Positions 38,318-51,132 of a DNA stretch of 64,000 bases are shown piece after piece; position 1 is the stretch's first letter, and each line of letters starts with the position of its first letter. The DNA comes from Blasia pusilla. Taxonomy: Eukaryota. A program made the translations under genes and the position numbers. The stretch covers positions 47,926,001-47,990,000 of the forward strand of contig CM114271.1 in NCBI GenBank assembly GCA_050084515.1. Reading direction: 5' to 3'. The notes under the pieces were generated by a model, which was not told where the DNA came from, did no database searches, and worked only from the letters and a program-made list of their open reading frames with translations.

Positions 38318-41026
38318 TGTCGTGCGCATACATATGGCTACAAAACATACATCGCTGGTCAAATCTACACCACACAACACCGATCTTCCCCACACACAGG
38401 TAGATCCACACATGTACATAAATCAATTCATACATATACATATAGATCAGGCAACAAAAGTAAAGAGTAGTAAAAACGGCACACCCAGTCTAAAACTCCA
38501 CTCCTCAATCTACATCGGCATATCGAGCCTCGTCCACCCTGCGCTATCAAGGAATCGGGACGCTAGCAACCTATTCCTATCTCACACACATACAAGAGAG
38601 ATGCTCCAATGAACCAACATGAGAAAGATGGCTTAGGAAAGTCGTCTTCCTCTCTTATATAGGGTTGGGAAGAGCCAAAAGGATCTTCCCCTAAAAATAG
38701 CTATCCTCCAGGTAACCTGCGCACACAGGTTACCAGGGGTGGGTGACCTGGTAAACAAGTCACGCGACTGTGAAAGACCTCAGCAAGAAAGTTGTTAGAA
38801 ATGACGTTCCTAACATAACGGACCTATCCTCAACCTTATCCGACACTGTGGGACAAAGTTACACTCAAGACAATCCGTTGGATCCTATGCCCTATTCACG
38901 ATAGATCTCGGCCTATCAGCTACTCAGATGTGATAATTATCATGCACATACATATCTCTACAGAGCATACATCATTGATCACATCTACACCACACAACAC
39001 CAATCTTCCCCACACGGGTAGATCCACACATGTACTTCTGTACATGTGTCAATTCATACATATACATTGAGATCACACAATCGCCCCCCTAGCTGGCATT
39101 TGGATCCCCTAACTCCAGATAGAAAATATCACATCTCTCTAACATGACCTACTACCCTATACACATCCGTCCACGTTCAAAAGATGACATGTCGCACAAT
39201 TGCGCACATGATTCTTCCAAACCATACCATGACGTCCTTCCAACATGAGGACTCTGATCGATAATACCTCGCGCAAACGTAGGATCGTGCATCCTCCAGT
39301 GACATCTAGTGTTGTGGGTGCCGCTTGCTGTAAATACACGTAATCTCCAAGATAAAATCTCCTAATCCCTAGATGATAACCTCCTCCACGAATGGTCGCG
39401 TATCTCTATGTTGAGCAATAGCTACGTTCTCAAAGGCCATATGCATAACTCTACGAAAAATCTTTGCCCTCTATGAACATGCTTGTATTCACATATTTGG
39501 ATCATCAAGATCTAACACCTCCGCGATGGCACATCAAATAGTTGCAGGTAAATCTGGCTCTCTCCCAAAGAGGAAAAAGTACGGTGAAAATGACGCCAAG
39601 GATGCATGCCAACTAAAGCGATAACACATAGCCAACCAGGGCAAATGTAGGTCCCACTCCCTCAACTGTCCCCGCTGCAAGCCATACATCCTCTCTTCAC
39701 CATATGTACTACTCTCTCCGCCAACCCATCTGCCTCAGGATGATCTCTGGACGTGGTGTGGTGATCTATCAGCGCTTGATCACACAAGGCCTGAAACTCT
39801 CCCCTGAACTCGGTACCCTGGTCAGTCAACACCTCCGTCGATGCACCAAAGTGACTAAGCATAGAATCTAGAAACGCATAAGTTGTTCCCTTGCTTGCCT
39901 TATCCGGTAGTGCCACCAACTCTATCCACTTGGAGAAATGCTCCATCATCACCAACACGTACCTATGATGACGCCCTGTCAATGGCAAAGGTCCCGCCTA
40001 GTCTAAACTCCACCAGTAACCTAAACCCATAATCGGCAAAGGATGTAACTGCGGAGTGGGATCATTGAAGGATGCTCGCACTCTGTCACATACCATATAT
40101 CTGGCCACAAATTGTTGTTCCCAAGTATGCATGCCGCGCCACCAATACTGAACGTGGAATAAGCTGTAAGTACACTTTACTCCAAAATGCCCCAACTCCT
40201 CATGGGCATGTTGCACTACACGTGCTTGTTGGGAAGGATGAGGTACCACTTGTATCCTACCATCTCCCCATACCCACAACTCCCTCTTCTCGTCATCCCT
40301 CTGAGTAAGCATTGCTCCTAGACCCAACATGCTCCAATCCGTATGTAACTAGAATGGGCGACCCCAAACCGATCTCTGTAAAATGGGTGAGGATGTCAAC
40401 TTGTCCTTGAGCTCCTGAAATGCTCGCTCCTAATCATCTCTCCATAACCAAACCTGATCAAGTTTTGTCAATAAGATCAAAGACTTTGCGATCGCACTAA
40501 AACCCTTGACATACCGTCAATAGAAGTTCGCCAGTCCAAGAAACGCTCGGACTTGACTCACATTTGTTGGGCGTGGAATCTGCGCAATAGCCTCCACCTT
40601 CATCTGTTGAACGCCTAACCCACTCGGTTATATGGTGTGTCCCAAGTACTCAATCTGATGCTGAAAGAATCTGCACTTGCGTGGATGTAACTTCAGTCCA
40701 TGTTACTGCAATCGTTGAAACACCTCCTCTACGTGTCGCTCATGCTCCTCAACCGTGGAATTGAAGATGAGAATATCATCTATGTAACATCGTACAAAAT
40801 CCAAGCCAGCTTGAATCCTATCCATCACTCTCTGAAACTCCGCAGGCGCGTTCTTCAACCCAAATGGTAAGAACCGCCATTGATACAAGCAATCTCTCCC
40901 GAACCAATCTATCCCCCAGAATGTTGTCTTCTCCCTGTCCTCCAACCTGATAGGAAGCTAATGATAGCCATCACGGAGATCTAAGGTACTGAAGATCTTT
41001 GCATGCCCTACCACATCAAAGATCCT
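38318..41026 (-). mobile_element. Ty3/gypsy element, 3' half (RT, RNaseH, integrase, PPT, 3' LTR 38318-39079), decayed
   Basis: LPFGLKNAPAEFQRVMD...CYIDDILIF; HAHEELGHFG; FSKWIELV...LTDQGTEF...HPEADGLAER; PPT aggggggcgat next to a TG...CA LTR. Confidence 0.9.
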
Positions 41027-41028
41027 GG

Positions 41029-42312
41029 TCATTGAGGTGGATTACAACCTCAAAAGGTGGCATATATCTCGGAGCGATCTTGGACGTGGACCCACTTGTA
41101 GGGCAGGATTTGATGGCATTAGGAGAGCATGCGGCATTTGCCTAGATTTTGGGGATTCAAAACTTTTGATCGTTTCACGAGGACCAAGGATCAATTGAAG
41201 TACTTCTTCTGCCCAAATGAATCCTACGCTTTCCGAAATTCTTATCCGGTTGCCATTGGAGCTCCACGGAATACCCCCACAATTTGGCCCATTGCCGCAG
41301 GTAGGAATCGCACTCAGGACAAAGTGGAAAATCTTACAAGTGCCGGTTTCAGACTCAAAGACGGAGGAAGTTCAGGGCATGTTCGCATTACACAGACCTT
41401 TGCATTTCATATTCAACCCAAGATTGATGTCAACATGTACCCGGAGAAGGTGGATGATCTCAATCCACTATTTTTGTTTGAGTCTAGAAATGGGATGAAG
41501 AGATCTCTTCATCCCATTTCACATTCTGTTTCTAGAAACAAAATGTGTAGGCCAACGGTGGAGAGAGCAAAGCGAATCGCATCAGCTTGGGAAGCAAACA
41601 TGGAAATCATCGCCACAAAAGATGTCCAGAGTGGCAATGGAATAGGAAGGATGTATTGGGTCAAGAACAACATTGTAAATTCAAGTGTCACAGGGATGTA
41701 TGTGGTGCACATCTGTTGCTTTCCCACATGTTCTTGTGATGACTTTGTCCAAAGAGAGACAAGTGGGAAAAGGGATTTCCCTTGTAAGCACATGTACTAT
41801 GTGTTGCTTGTAGTTTTAAGAGAGTCGGAGGTAGGAGTAGGAATCCACCAACCAATTATGTCCCTCAAAGAAATGCAAAGTATTTTAAACAAACCACTTT
41901 GAAGATGCAAAGTGAGGTCTTAGATTGTACTTTCATTTCAGTGAACCTTCACTTTGAGCTTGAACTCTATTCAGCCCAGGGCAAACGATAGATTCTTTCC
42001 AACCTTGGATGGAAAAAGTGATTTATTCCACATTTCTGATTCCACTGATTTTTCAGTTTTTTAAATTTTGTGCAAATTGCAACCCATCGGATTTAGATGG
42101 GTTGCCAAAATATGGAAGAGGAAAACAAATCTGTGGGAGTGCCTAAGCACTGAGAACAAAAGTGCAAAAAAATTCACAAAAAAGTTTCCTCTCTTCAACC
42201 CAATAGAAACTCTCTTCAAATCACAGGAAACTCTCTTCAAAAAAAAGTATCTCTTTGGATTGAAGGTAGTTTCCTCTCTCCTCTCTCCTCTCTTCCTCTC
42301 CTCTTACCGCTC
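41029..42312 (+). mobile_element. Internal fragment of the MULE-like element (SWIM region plus 3' flank), homologous to about 8430-9750
   Basis: Colinear high similarity from gtcattgaggtggat onward. The C-terminal part of ORF 41129-41902 matches ORF 8871-9305. One palindrome copy at about 42078, matching the one at about 9488. Confidence 0.95.
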
Positions 42313-45300
42313 CTCCCTCTCTAGGACTTCATCCAACTGTTTCTTCAACTCAGCAAGTTCTTCTTGATTCAACCTATATGGCACCTTTGAAGGTGGTTGA
42401 GATCCGGGTAGCACCTCTATCTTATGATCAACCGCCCTATGTGGTGGCAACTCAATGGGAAGCTCCTTTGTCAAAACATCTCCAACTTCTTTCACAACTC
42501 TCTCGAGTGTTTCAGGGATTTCCCTTGAAGCTCTATTCTAATCTCTGCATCTTGCGCTTGCGTCATCCTCTACTTGTCTCATCAAGAAAAGGAATCCTTC
42601 CTCTAACTCGGTCAAACTCCTCCTCGTGATGGCTTTCACCAACTTCATCTTACTATGAACCTCACGAACCAATCTGACGTGCATCCGTTTTTCATTTACC
42701 AAGACGCTCAACCTCAAAGGTCTTCATCTCAATTCCACCTCATACGCGTCTATGAACGTGTTCCCCAAGACTCCATTGATTCCGTCCATGTCGCAAACTG
42801 TGAAATTCTCCTTCAACTCGAATAGTCCGCATGCCATAGCTAGCCCTAGAATCAACTCTAATGTCTGGTGAGACTTGCCTCCCGCGAAACCAACCCTAAT
42901 GGGTTATTCCGCCTTAGTGGTTGGCAATCCCAATGCCTTCACGATTCTCCGGCTTAAGAAGGAATGCAAAGCACCTGTATCAACAAGCAACATCATATGG
43001 TGATCAACAATCTTGGATCCTAGGTAAACAAAATTGGGCGTTCTCTTGGTGGCTTGGAGAGATGTATCTAGATCTCCCGTCGATAAGTGCTTAGCACCAA
43101 ACGAAATCATACTTGGTTTACTAACCTTGGGCCTTGCACATTCCTTAGCCATATGCCCGGGTTCACCATAATTGTAGCGAATCACTTTGGTGTTTGCTGA
43201 CTTCGGGTACGGCGGCCCTCTTGGCTTCGCGTTGATTTCCACTTGCTTTGCTGTTGGGGTAAGAGACCCTCCGTGGTTGCGCTCAACCCCATTCCAAACC
43301 CTCTTGGATGCCCCTTTGTTTTTCGGTAACTTAGAAAAACTTTTCGGCTCGAAGGGTTTTTGGCTTTGGACTTCATCGTCCCCTATCCGCTCTCCTAGTC
43401 TCAGAAGTTCCGCGCACGTCTCTGATAGGTGAGGCATACGGAAGAGGGCCTTTTCAGCGCTTTGCTTGAGTCCACTTAAGAAGATCACCTTCTTCATAAA
43501 TTCATATGTGGAAAGTGAGTTCATTTGTGCACTCAACTCTTGCACATAAGCGCTAAAGGACCCGCTTTGCCGCAATCACACAAACTCCATGCCATCGCGA
43601 TACTCCTGATATTCTAGAGTGAATCGGTCACCAATCAACACCTTCAACGCTTCCCAACTCAAAGTTGTTCCACGGCCCATATGTTCTTTACGATGAGCCG
43701 TCCATCAGTGGAGATCATGATCCTTAAGGAACGTGACCACTATAGTCACATTGTCCCGCTCCTCCGCCCTTTGCGCTCCAAAGTAAAGTCCGAGCTCAGT
43801 TCGAAACTTATTCACTATCTAAGAACGAGTTCATACATACATACATACATACATATTCATAGTGAACAGTTTACATACATACATGGAGCCATTACATACA
43901 TACATACATACATACATAATACATATTCATAGTTAAAACCCTAAAGATGGCCATTCTAAGATGGCCATTCATAGGAATAGGGCATGACATTCTTGTGAAT
44001 GGCGTTGGGAAATTTATCTTACAAAGCTTCTTGCCGGAACTAGAAGCTCCATTCGACTTGAGTTCAACGATCATCTTGCTCAATTGCGCCATCTAGATCG
44101 TTATCACCTTCATCAAATCCAACATTTGGACCTAAAAGGCTAGGTCATTTGAGTTTGGAGCCAAAGGCCCCACAGAAAGATGCGCATTTGGGACATCCTC
44201 ATGTTTGGGACTCGACACTTCGGGAGTCGCTATCTCCTCCTCTGGCTCGTGGTCAGTCATTGATTCGTCTCTCGGCTTTTTTAGTTTGGCTGGCGACTTT
44301 CTTGGTTCTTTGCCTTTGGTCGCCATTTGTGAGTCCTCATTATCTCAGATCTCCACCTCATGTCTTGCGTTCCTCCTCGAGCGTCAAGCTCTCCCTGCTT
44401 GAGTTCTTCTCAAAAGTCCATATCTTAGACGACCCCAAGTTCATGCTCACCAAGGAATTGCTCTAATACCACGTGTTATGCGCCTACTCTCCTTGAACGT
44501 TATTCTTTGTTGTTGCGGAAGGATGCGTTGAATCGATTACGCTCCCAACGTTGATCTGCATCCAAACACGCACTCACGATAGTTTGGTATATAACAATCA
44601 ACGGTTCTAACTTGCCGAGCCCTCGACTCAGCCTCTCATCAAGATCAACCTTCCTAGTTTTGTGGCTTACAATATAGGCAAGTCTTGAAAGACTTGGGAC
44701 AGACTTTCTAATCGGTTCAGGAACTTAAAGTGGCGTTTTGTGCTTGGCGGTTCCAACTGTCCAATGGACATCCAATGAGTCTCTAGGTGCGAGTCACAAA
44801 AATGACTCGTGGGTTGGAATCCAAGAGTGGCGTACAAAGTCCACTCCCTTGACTCAGGTTTGGGTTTCGAGTTCCAACGCCAAACTCCCATTCCATCTCG
44901 TGCTTTTGAGACGCCATTTGGCGCTCAAAGTGGAGTTTGTGTTCCAAGACTCTTTGGAGACACTCCCCCTTACTAGTACTTTGGGGGATCACCGAGATCA
45001 CCCTAACTTTAGGAAAAGACAACCGAACCCCTCAGATTGGCCCTCAATCTGATTGCTCTCACCGTTGTTTTGGGCCAATATCTCAGCCTCTACTTACGCG
45101 TTTGCTAAAATCTTTAATACGTTGGAAGACTCTTAGGATAAACTTTCCACCGCGCCCTTATTTGTCCCAAACGCATCTCGTGGCTAAACATTGTCGTATG
45201 GAGAGCCTTTCTTCGAGTAAGTACATGCCTTCTAGATACAAGGTAAACTCTCTAAGAAGTTCTCCTTTTTCAATACAAAATTATTATGTATACTCTCCAT

Positions 45301-46386
45301 TCTCTCACGACAAGTATCACAAATGGAAGTGCCGAGACGATCACTTCTTCGTAACATTGGACCCCGAAATTCCTAACTATAAAATCCCTTTAAACTACTT
45401 TATGCTTGTACACACGGAAGATAGCACAACTAGTGTTAAACCCTACATGAGCAGGCCTATTAACGTCCATGGATCGCTATTTAAGGATATACAAAGTACA
45501 ATCCCATGTCCTTCCATATGTGACGATAGGAAGAATCACCGTAGTTGGAGATTGCATGACCTGGTTCATGAACGCCTCCCCAAAGTGATAAACTAAATAG
45601 GGAATGAACCAATTCCTATCTACAGAGAGTACCTTAATATGGTAAGGATTGAGGAAAGGAAAGTCGGGCACAACTCGTGCTCCACCCCTATCCATGTTTG
45701 ATAGAGATTCTCTACTCTCCTCAAGAATGGACTTTGGCGGAATTATTCTCCCAAGAGGGGTAATCCACTCTCATTGGGAAAATAACAAGCCAAAACATTC
45801 ACTCTTTTAGTATGACTAAACTCCTCTAAGGTGACAAGCCTCTCATCTCCACACACACCACATTCTAGAAACCTCTCGAAGAATAGACCATGGTCAAATT
45901 ACTCTCCCAAGAGGGATGATCCACTCTCATTGGAAGAGCAAGCAATCCCAAAGCCATACACTTAAGAGTGACACAAGAAACTCTCAAGATATGAAATAGA
46001 AGGTGATGAACCCTTGAAGGTCCCTCCTCTTTGTATACTTAGAAGGGATCCACAAGAGTACAAAATACATCTAATCTTATCTTGTGCCATATGGCTTCCT
46101 CTCAAGGCTTAGCCAATCACATTTTGACAGAAATAAATTTCCTCTTATCTCTTCCAAAACATCCTTTTTTATCCACTTGATATTTTCCAAATTATCCCAA
46201 CTACCCTAGCCACCAACCAAGACTACTTTTGCTTTTCATTCAAGCATCAACCTCACTACTTTACTTTTATAAAATCAAGCCACAATGAACCAAAATGAAG
46301 GGGAAACATGCTCTCTTGGATAAAAGATTGAGGAAGCCTAGTGTGTTTCTTGGCTTGCCCTTTTTGTAGCTCCACGCGTAATAACA
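42313..46386 (-). mobile_element. Ty3/gypsy element, 5' half (LTR 44474-46386, tRNA-iMet PBS, gag, protease, start of RT)
   Basis: PBS TGGTATTAGAGC at 44460-44471; LTR ends tgttat...ataaca; gag with degenerate zinc knuckle (YNYGEPGHMAKEC); LVDTGA protease; LPPHRAVDHKIEV...PYRLNQEELAELKKQLDE. Confidence 0.85.
43830..43927 (+). repeat. (TACA)n microsatellite-rich insertion within gag
   Basis: Several catacatacatacata runs interrupting the gag frame. Confidence 0.75.
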
Positions 46387-46389
46387 ATG

Positions 46390-49300
46390 TCTGCCTCCAT
46401 CTATGTAGCCCCGCACATCCAACCACAATCCTCCATGTCTCTCACTACTCCAGATGATGTCGATGCCACCGATCCAACACTAGTTAATATAACCTCAATA
46501 CCATAGCAACAATCTACTACTGCAACTCTTTTATCTGAGCAGTCGTTGGGTCTCATACATCTCCCTCGACGCATCTAGATGACGGAACTCTATTTCCTCT
46601 AGGGGCATATCCACCACGACACCACCCCCTTGGAAAATCTAACTCTTCCTCCCCCAAAAAGATCACCTAGCGCTTGACCTCTAGGCCCACACGAATTGCC
46701 AACTCGATGTGATGACCTCTCAAGCCCTCGATCCATACATAACTAAGGATTTAGTTTAAAACACATAACGCATGTATGACCATACCGCTAACAACGGTCA
46801 TACTAGTAGACTCTACGTGCGGGCCCATCTCCTTCTCCTCGCTAAGGCACACGTCCACAATGCTGACGGGCACAATCTTGTTGTTGATGGGCTCCACAGT
46901 AACCTCCTTGAGCTCGTGATGCCTCACTCCTCTCTCAAAATCCAAGTTGATGTATTGATGGTGCAAGAAAACGTAATTATAGTTACGCGTGACTCATGGC
47001 TATTACACTCCCCTCGGACATGTTGCGCTCGATGCAATCCACCATCTCAAACATATCTCTTAATGTAGGTGAGATGCGCGTCAGAAGTATTTCATCCCTC
47101 ACTCATCTCCGCAAGTCTCGTTCCAACATCCCATACTATACCATCACCCCTTAGTGACAACAATAGATGACGTAGGCGAGTAAATGCCTCCCAAAAACTC
47201 TCCCCTATGCCCCTATGGAAGTTGTGGATGCTCTGAAACTTCTTAGTCTGTACCCTTTAGTAGTTCTTCCGCAACACCGCAAAAAACTCAACCACGGGAT
47301 TGAACCGAGGACAAACCCGACTCAATGATGTAACAACTCCAATCCAAATCAACCCTCCCAGAACCTCACTAGTGGCAGAGGAAGTAGCATCTTGCTACTT
47401 CCTCTGCCATTGTCTTCATGCTCCTCCTCCTCATCTGGAAATGGCTCTGTCCATGACGCGTAATGTGGATCATAGTAGAGTCTCAACGTCTCAATTTTAG
47501 GCGCGTACCTATGGGAAAACTCATGGTAATTGTCCATGGATGCCCCCTCTAAGTGTTGGAATATTTCATTCCATGCTATGAACAAGTTGAACTCTCTAGA
47601 ATTCCTAGCCCTCGGTGAATCGCACCAACTCCTAAACTCCACGATGAATTTGTGCGACTCTATAGTACCTAAAAACTTAAGGGGTTCCCTATCCTTGTCG
47701 TCCATCTCGTATGCCTAAACGGTAGGACCAATCAATGTGTACGATGATGGACTAACAAACTTCTCTTTGCCCTTCCTCTTGTCTGAGGATGTGATACCCA
47801 AAATTTTGTACTTTTGAAGAATTACATCTTTCTATTCAAAGAAGACTTGTATATACATTATCATTTTGATATTATGGTTGCGTAGTAGAAGAATGAGTGA
47901 GATTGAAGTGAATCACGAAGCTCCAAGGACAAGACACAGATATAGGAAATCAAGGATTTGCCTGAGAGGAGAGGAGAATAAAATAACGAAGTCTAAAGAC
48001 CCAACAAGAAGCTTCAAAAGGACAACGGAGCTCTGTTAAGAACTTGTCTATGAAGTGCTTCACTCCTGAATGAAGCATGAAGCATGAAGAAGAAGAGAAA
48101 GAAGTACTTCGCTCTTGAACGAAACACAAAGAACGAAGCACCTGGAACAAGAACAAAGAATGGAGCGCTTAATCTTCAGATCAGGAGAAAGAGCTTCGTC
48201 CTCAAGCGAAGCCAAAGAGGTCCACACTTAGCAGCGAAGCGAAGCTAAGATTGACAGTGATTTCAAGCGACACATAGTTAGAACAGTTAGAATAGGAAAA
48301 GGCGCAACTCTTTGTATCAGATAGGTAGTTATGACAGTTTTGTTCTGCGGATTCATAGGGATCTTAGGAAAAGAGAAGAGCACCATAGATCTAGGTAGTT
48401 ACAAATGTTGAAGAGACACCAGCTTCATCAAGAATGCTTCAAATCTTTGGATCACTCCTACTTCAGAGAGTATTTAAGAAACATGCAAGTAGCCATCATC
48501 ATCATTCTCTTACGAAGTCCTTATGCTGCAGGAATGGTCCGAGCAAGGGAGTAGTACCCTCTCGAGCTTGTATACACTTTTGAAGCTTTCTCATTCTTGA
48601 TGGAGTAGTAAAGCACTCATTCCTTCATTATGATGTGCGATGCTTATGTCTGAGTATTCTTTTTGGGTCTGTAGAGTGAAGAATGAATCAGACGAACCTT
48701 TCTCATCAATGGAATAATCAACATAGAGTTGTAGGAAATCTGTTTGACAGAGAGTAGCCTGCCGAGACGGATTAAGTTCCGAAAGTAGGAGAAGCGAGCT
48801 TTCATGTTGAGGTCTCTGTGAGGTTTCTTGATATCGAGAGGAAATCTACCTGAGCGTGCTATCAACTCCACTAGAGAGAATTGAGAAAAGAAACTTTGGT
48901 ACTAAGAAAGATCTGAAGATATTAATAAGACATTGAATCTAAATTATTCACACCTAAATACAACTATTACCACAAAATTGTAATTTGAAACTAGCTTTTC
49001 ATTAAACAATGATACTCTTGGGGATCAACCTCAGTAAACGACTATAAAATTGAAACTCTTATACATTATAGAGGATAATATAGAAGGAGGTGGAGGTAGT
49101 CCCTCACGTGGAGATCCTCAAAATCTGGCGCCACTCCGTGTGAATCCTCTCGAGCTACTCTCAACCACACCATCTCGCCTCTCAAAGTTCCAAAAAGACA
49201 TCGTGATGAACTTCATGCGCCTCTAACACGATCATTCTCAATCTTGAGACTAATCCCTCAATCACTCAACCTAAACATAGGACACTTAAATCTACACTTC

Positions 49301-49700
49301 TTCTCTTAGCATTCAAAAAGACATGATATCCCAAATAAGTACCCAGTATCCGAAAATCCCTCACATGTGCAGGGCAGAAGACCATAATGGTAACTTGAAC
49401 AATGCCGTTGTCGCTCCTCAACAACTACAAACTCGACTCCAACTCGATCATAAAGTCAAAACTCCTCTAGTCAAAAAGTCGTACTTCCTTGGTGCTAACA
49501 ATACTCAAACCTCCTCGATGTGCGGTATGGTTACAATGGTAGGAAGTGGCATCAACATCACGAAACAACTATAACCGACACGGTAGAGGGTAATGGAATG
49601 CAAAGATTCGTGGCATCCCCTCCGTCATCAATAATGCACGCGCTACTCCTCAGTGCTGGTACGGCTCCGCGATTGAGTGGGTGTGGTGCGGTGTCATATA
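46390..49700 (-). mobile_element. Old retrotransposon gag-like remnant, interrupted by a solo LTR
   Basis: ORF 47349-47705 (REPLKFLG...FIVEFRSWCD...IFQHLEG) is gag-like; flanks are decayed and the boundaries approximate. Confidence 0.4.
47790..49070. mobile_element. Solo LTR with 5-bp target site duplication GAGGA
   Basis: GAGGA (47785-47789) | tgtgatac ... cattata | GAGGA (49071-49075). The right end is consistent with C>T decay of atcaca. Confidence 0.7.
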
Positions 49701-49848
49701 GTAAAATCATCCAATATATAAACTCCTCTTTCATTAAGTCTTAGAGAGATTTTTATTAGTATTAAATAAATTAGTTTAACAATCACTATATCTTCACGTT
49801 ACCAACCGACCTCCCTTGCATGACGTAGGCATGGTGCACTAATTAGCA

Positions 49849-50092
49849 TCTATATTATTATTGGAGAATGCCTTCTTGATTTGCAAACATATGTTTGTTA
49901 AACACGTGACAATTTGACAAAAAGAAAATATTTACGGCCCTTCATACATTCGTCAATGTTTTTTCTCGTCAACTAGGCTATCCACATGTCCGTCACACGT
50001 GTGTATTAGTTACTTTCTCCCAAACCTTTTAAAGTTGACACACTATAATTTTCATATACTTCTAATTTTTGTTTAAAAAAATTGTGTGAACA
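49849..50092 (+). repeat. Helitron-like 5' segment plus dispersed repeat upstream of RF1, related to 19621-19700 and 19870-20000
   Basis: a|tctatattattattggagaatgccttcttgatttgcaaac versus tcattattattggagagcgtcttcttttgatttgtaaac. Confidence 0.7.
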
Positions 50093-51132
50093 TGATAAAA
50101 TCTTTCACTTCCGGGTATGACACCGGTTCTACGTTCATAGAAATGGTAAGAGACAAATAGGAAGGAGAAGTGAGAGGCGGACGGAGAGCGTGAAGAGGAA
50201 GAATCTGTTCGGTCTTACACTTACGGAAGTCGGTGAGTTGACCCGAATATTGTTCCCGGCCGGGAACCCGCCGGTAAAGTGCCGTCCTAAGGTTCCAGGC
50301 GCCGAAAAGAAATTTCTTGGAGTCGCGCGACCCCAACATTCCCATGGGAGTCGGCGGAGATCAGTAGTCGACGCCAAAGCGAAGAGAATGGACCGGAGAA
50401 TGGGAAGTGTAGGAAAGGCAAGGAAAGCGTACGAAAGGCGAGGAAGTCGCACTGTATTACTTTTTGTGTTTTCTCTCACTTAGCGAACGTTGTAGAGGTC
50501 AACCCGGGGAATGTGGGAGTGCGGCCCTCGCATTTGCCTCTGCCATTTAGCAGACTGCGACGACATAATTTCGACGTCTTTCACGGTCGGCCACACTTTT
50601 CGTTTCGACCGCTGATCATTTGTGTTTTGAGTCAATGCTGTGAGATGTTCGTGGTTTATGATGGGTGTGTAGCTAGATTAGAGTCGGAGAAATTTTATTT
50701 ATCTAATTTTCATATTTTAGGTCTGGCTGGAGCAGAGGAATGATGGTAGATGCAATCATACTCTGGCATTTCGTAACAAATTTGGTATCAGTTGGAGGAT
50801 TAGAAGAAATACAGTTTTAGTGAAAGGAGTTTGCCTGTTAAACGAGCTTCGTTCTTGGATTAGTTGGTTGTCATACTACAGGATTCTGTGCTTCGAACTC
50901 TTCGTATTGCAAGTTCCTTGATCGCTTTTCGAGTTCATTTCCGGTTTTAATTGTGGATGCGAATTTACGTTGAATCTATCACAAACTTTAAGTGATTTTG
51001 CCGATATTGATTTGTGGTGTGTACCTGATCAGACTTCTGAAAATTTTATTGTTGTTGCAGGCTGGATTCAAGGAATTGTAGTAGCAATATGACCTGAGAG
51101 TTTGGTTAAACTTAGAAAGTTGAGTGTAGACA

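Noticed and set aside
44937-45596. 219-aa plus-strand ORF
   Set aside because: Lies inside an LTR, has no recognisable domain and a non-ATG start; likely spurious.
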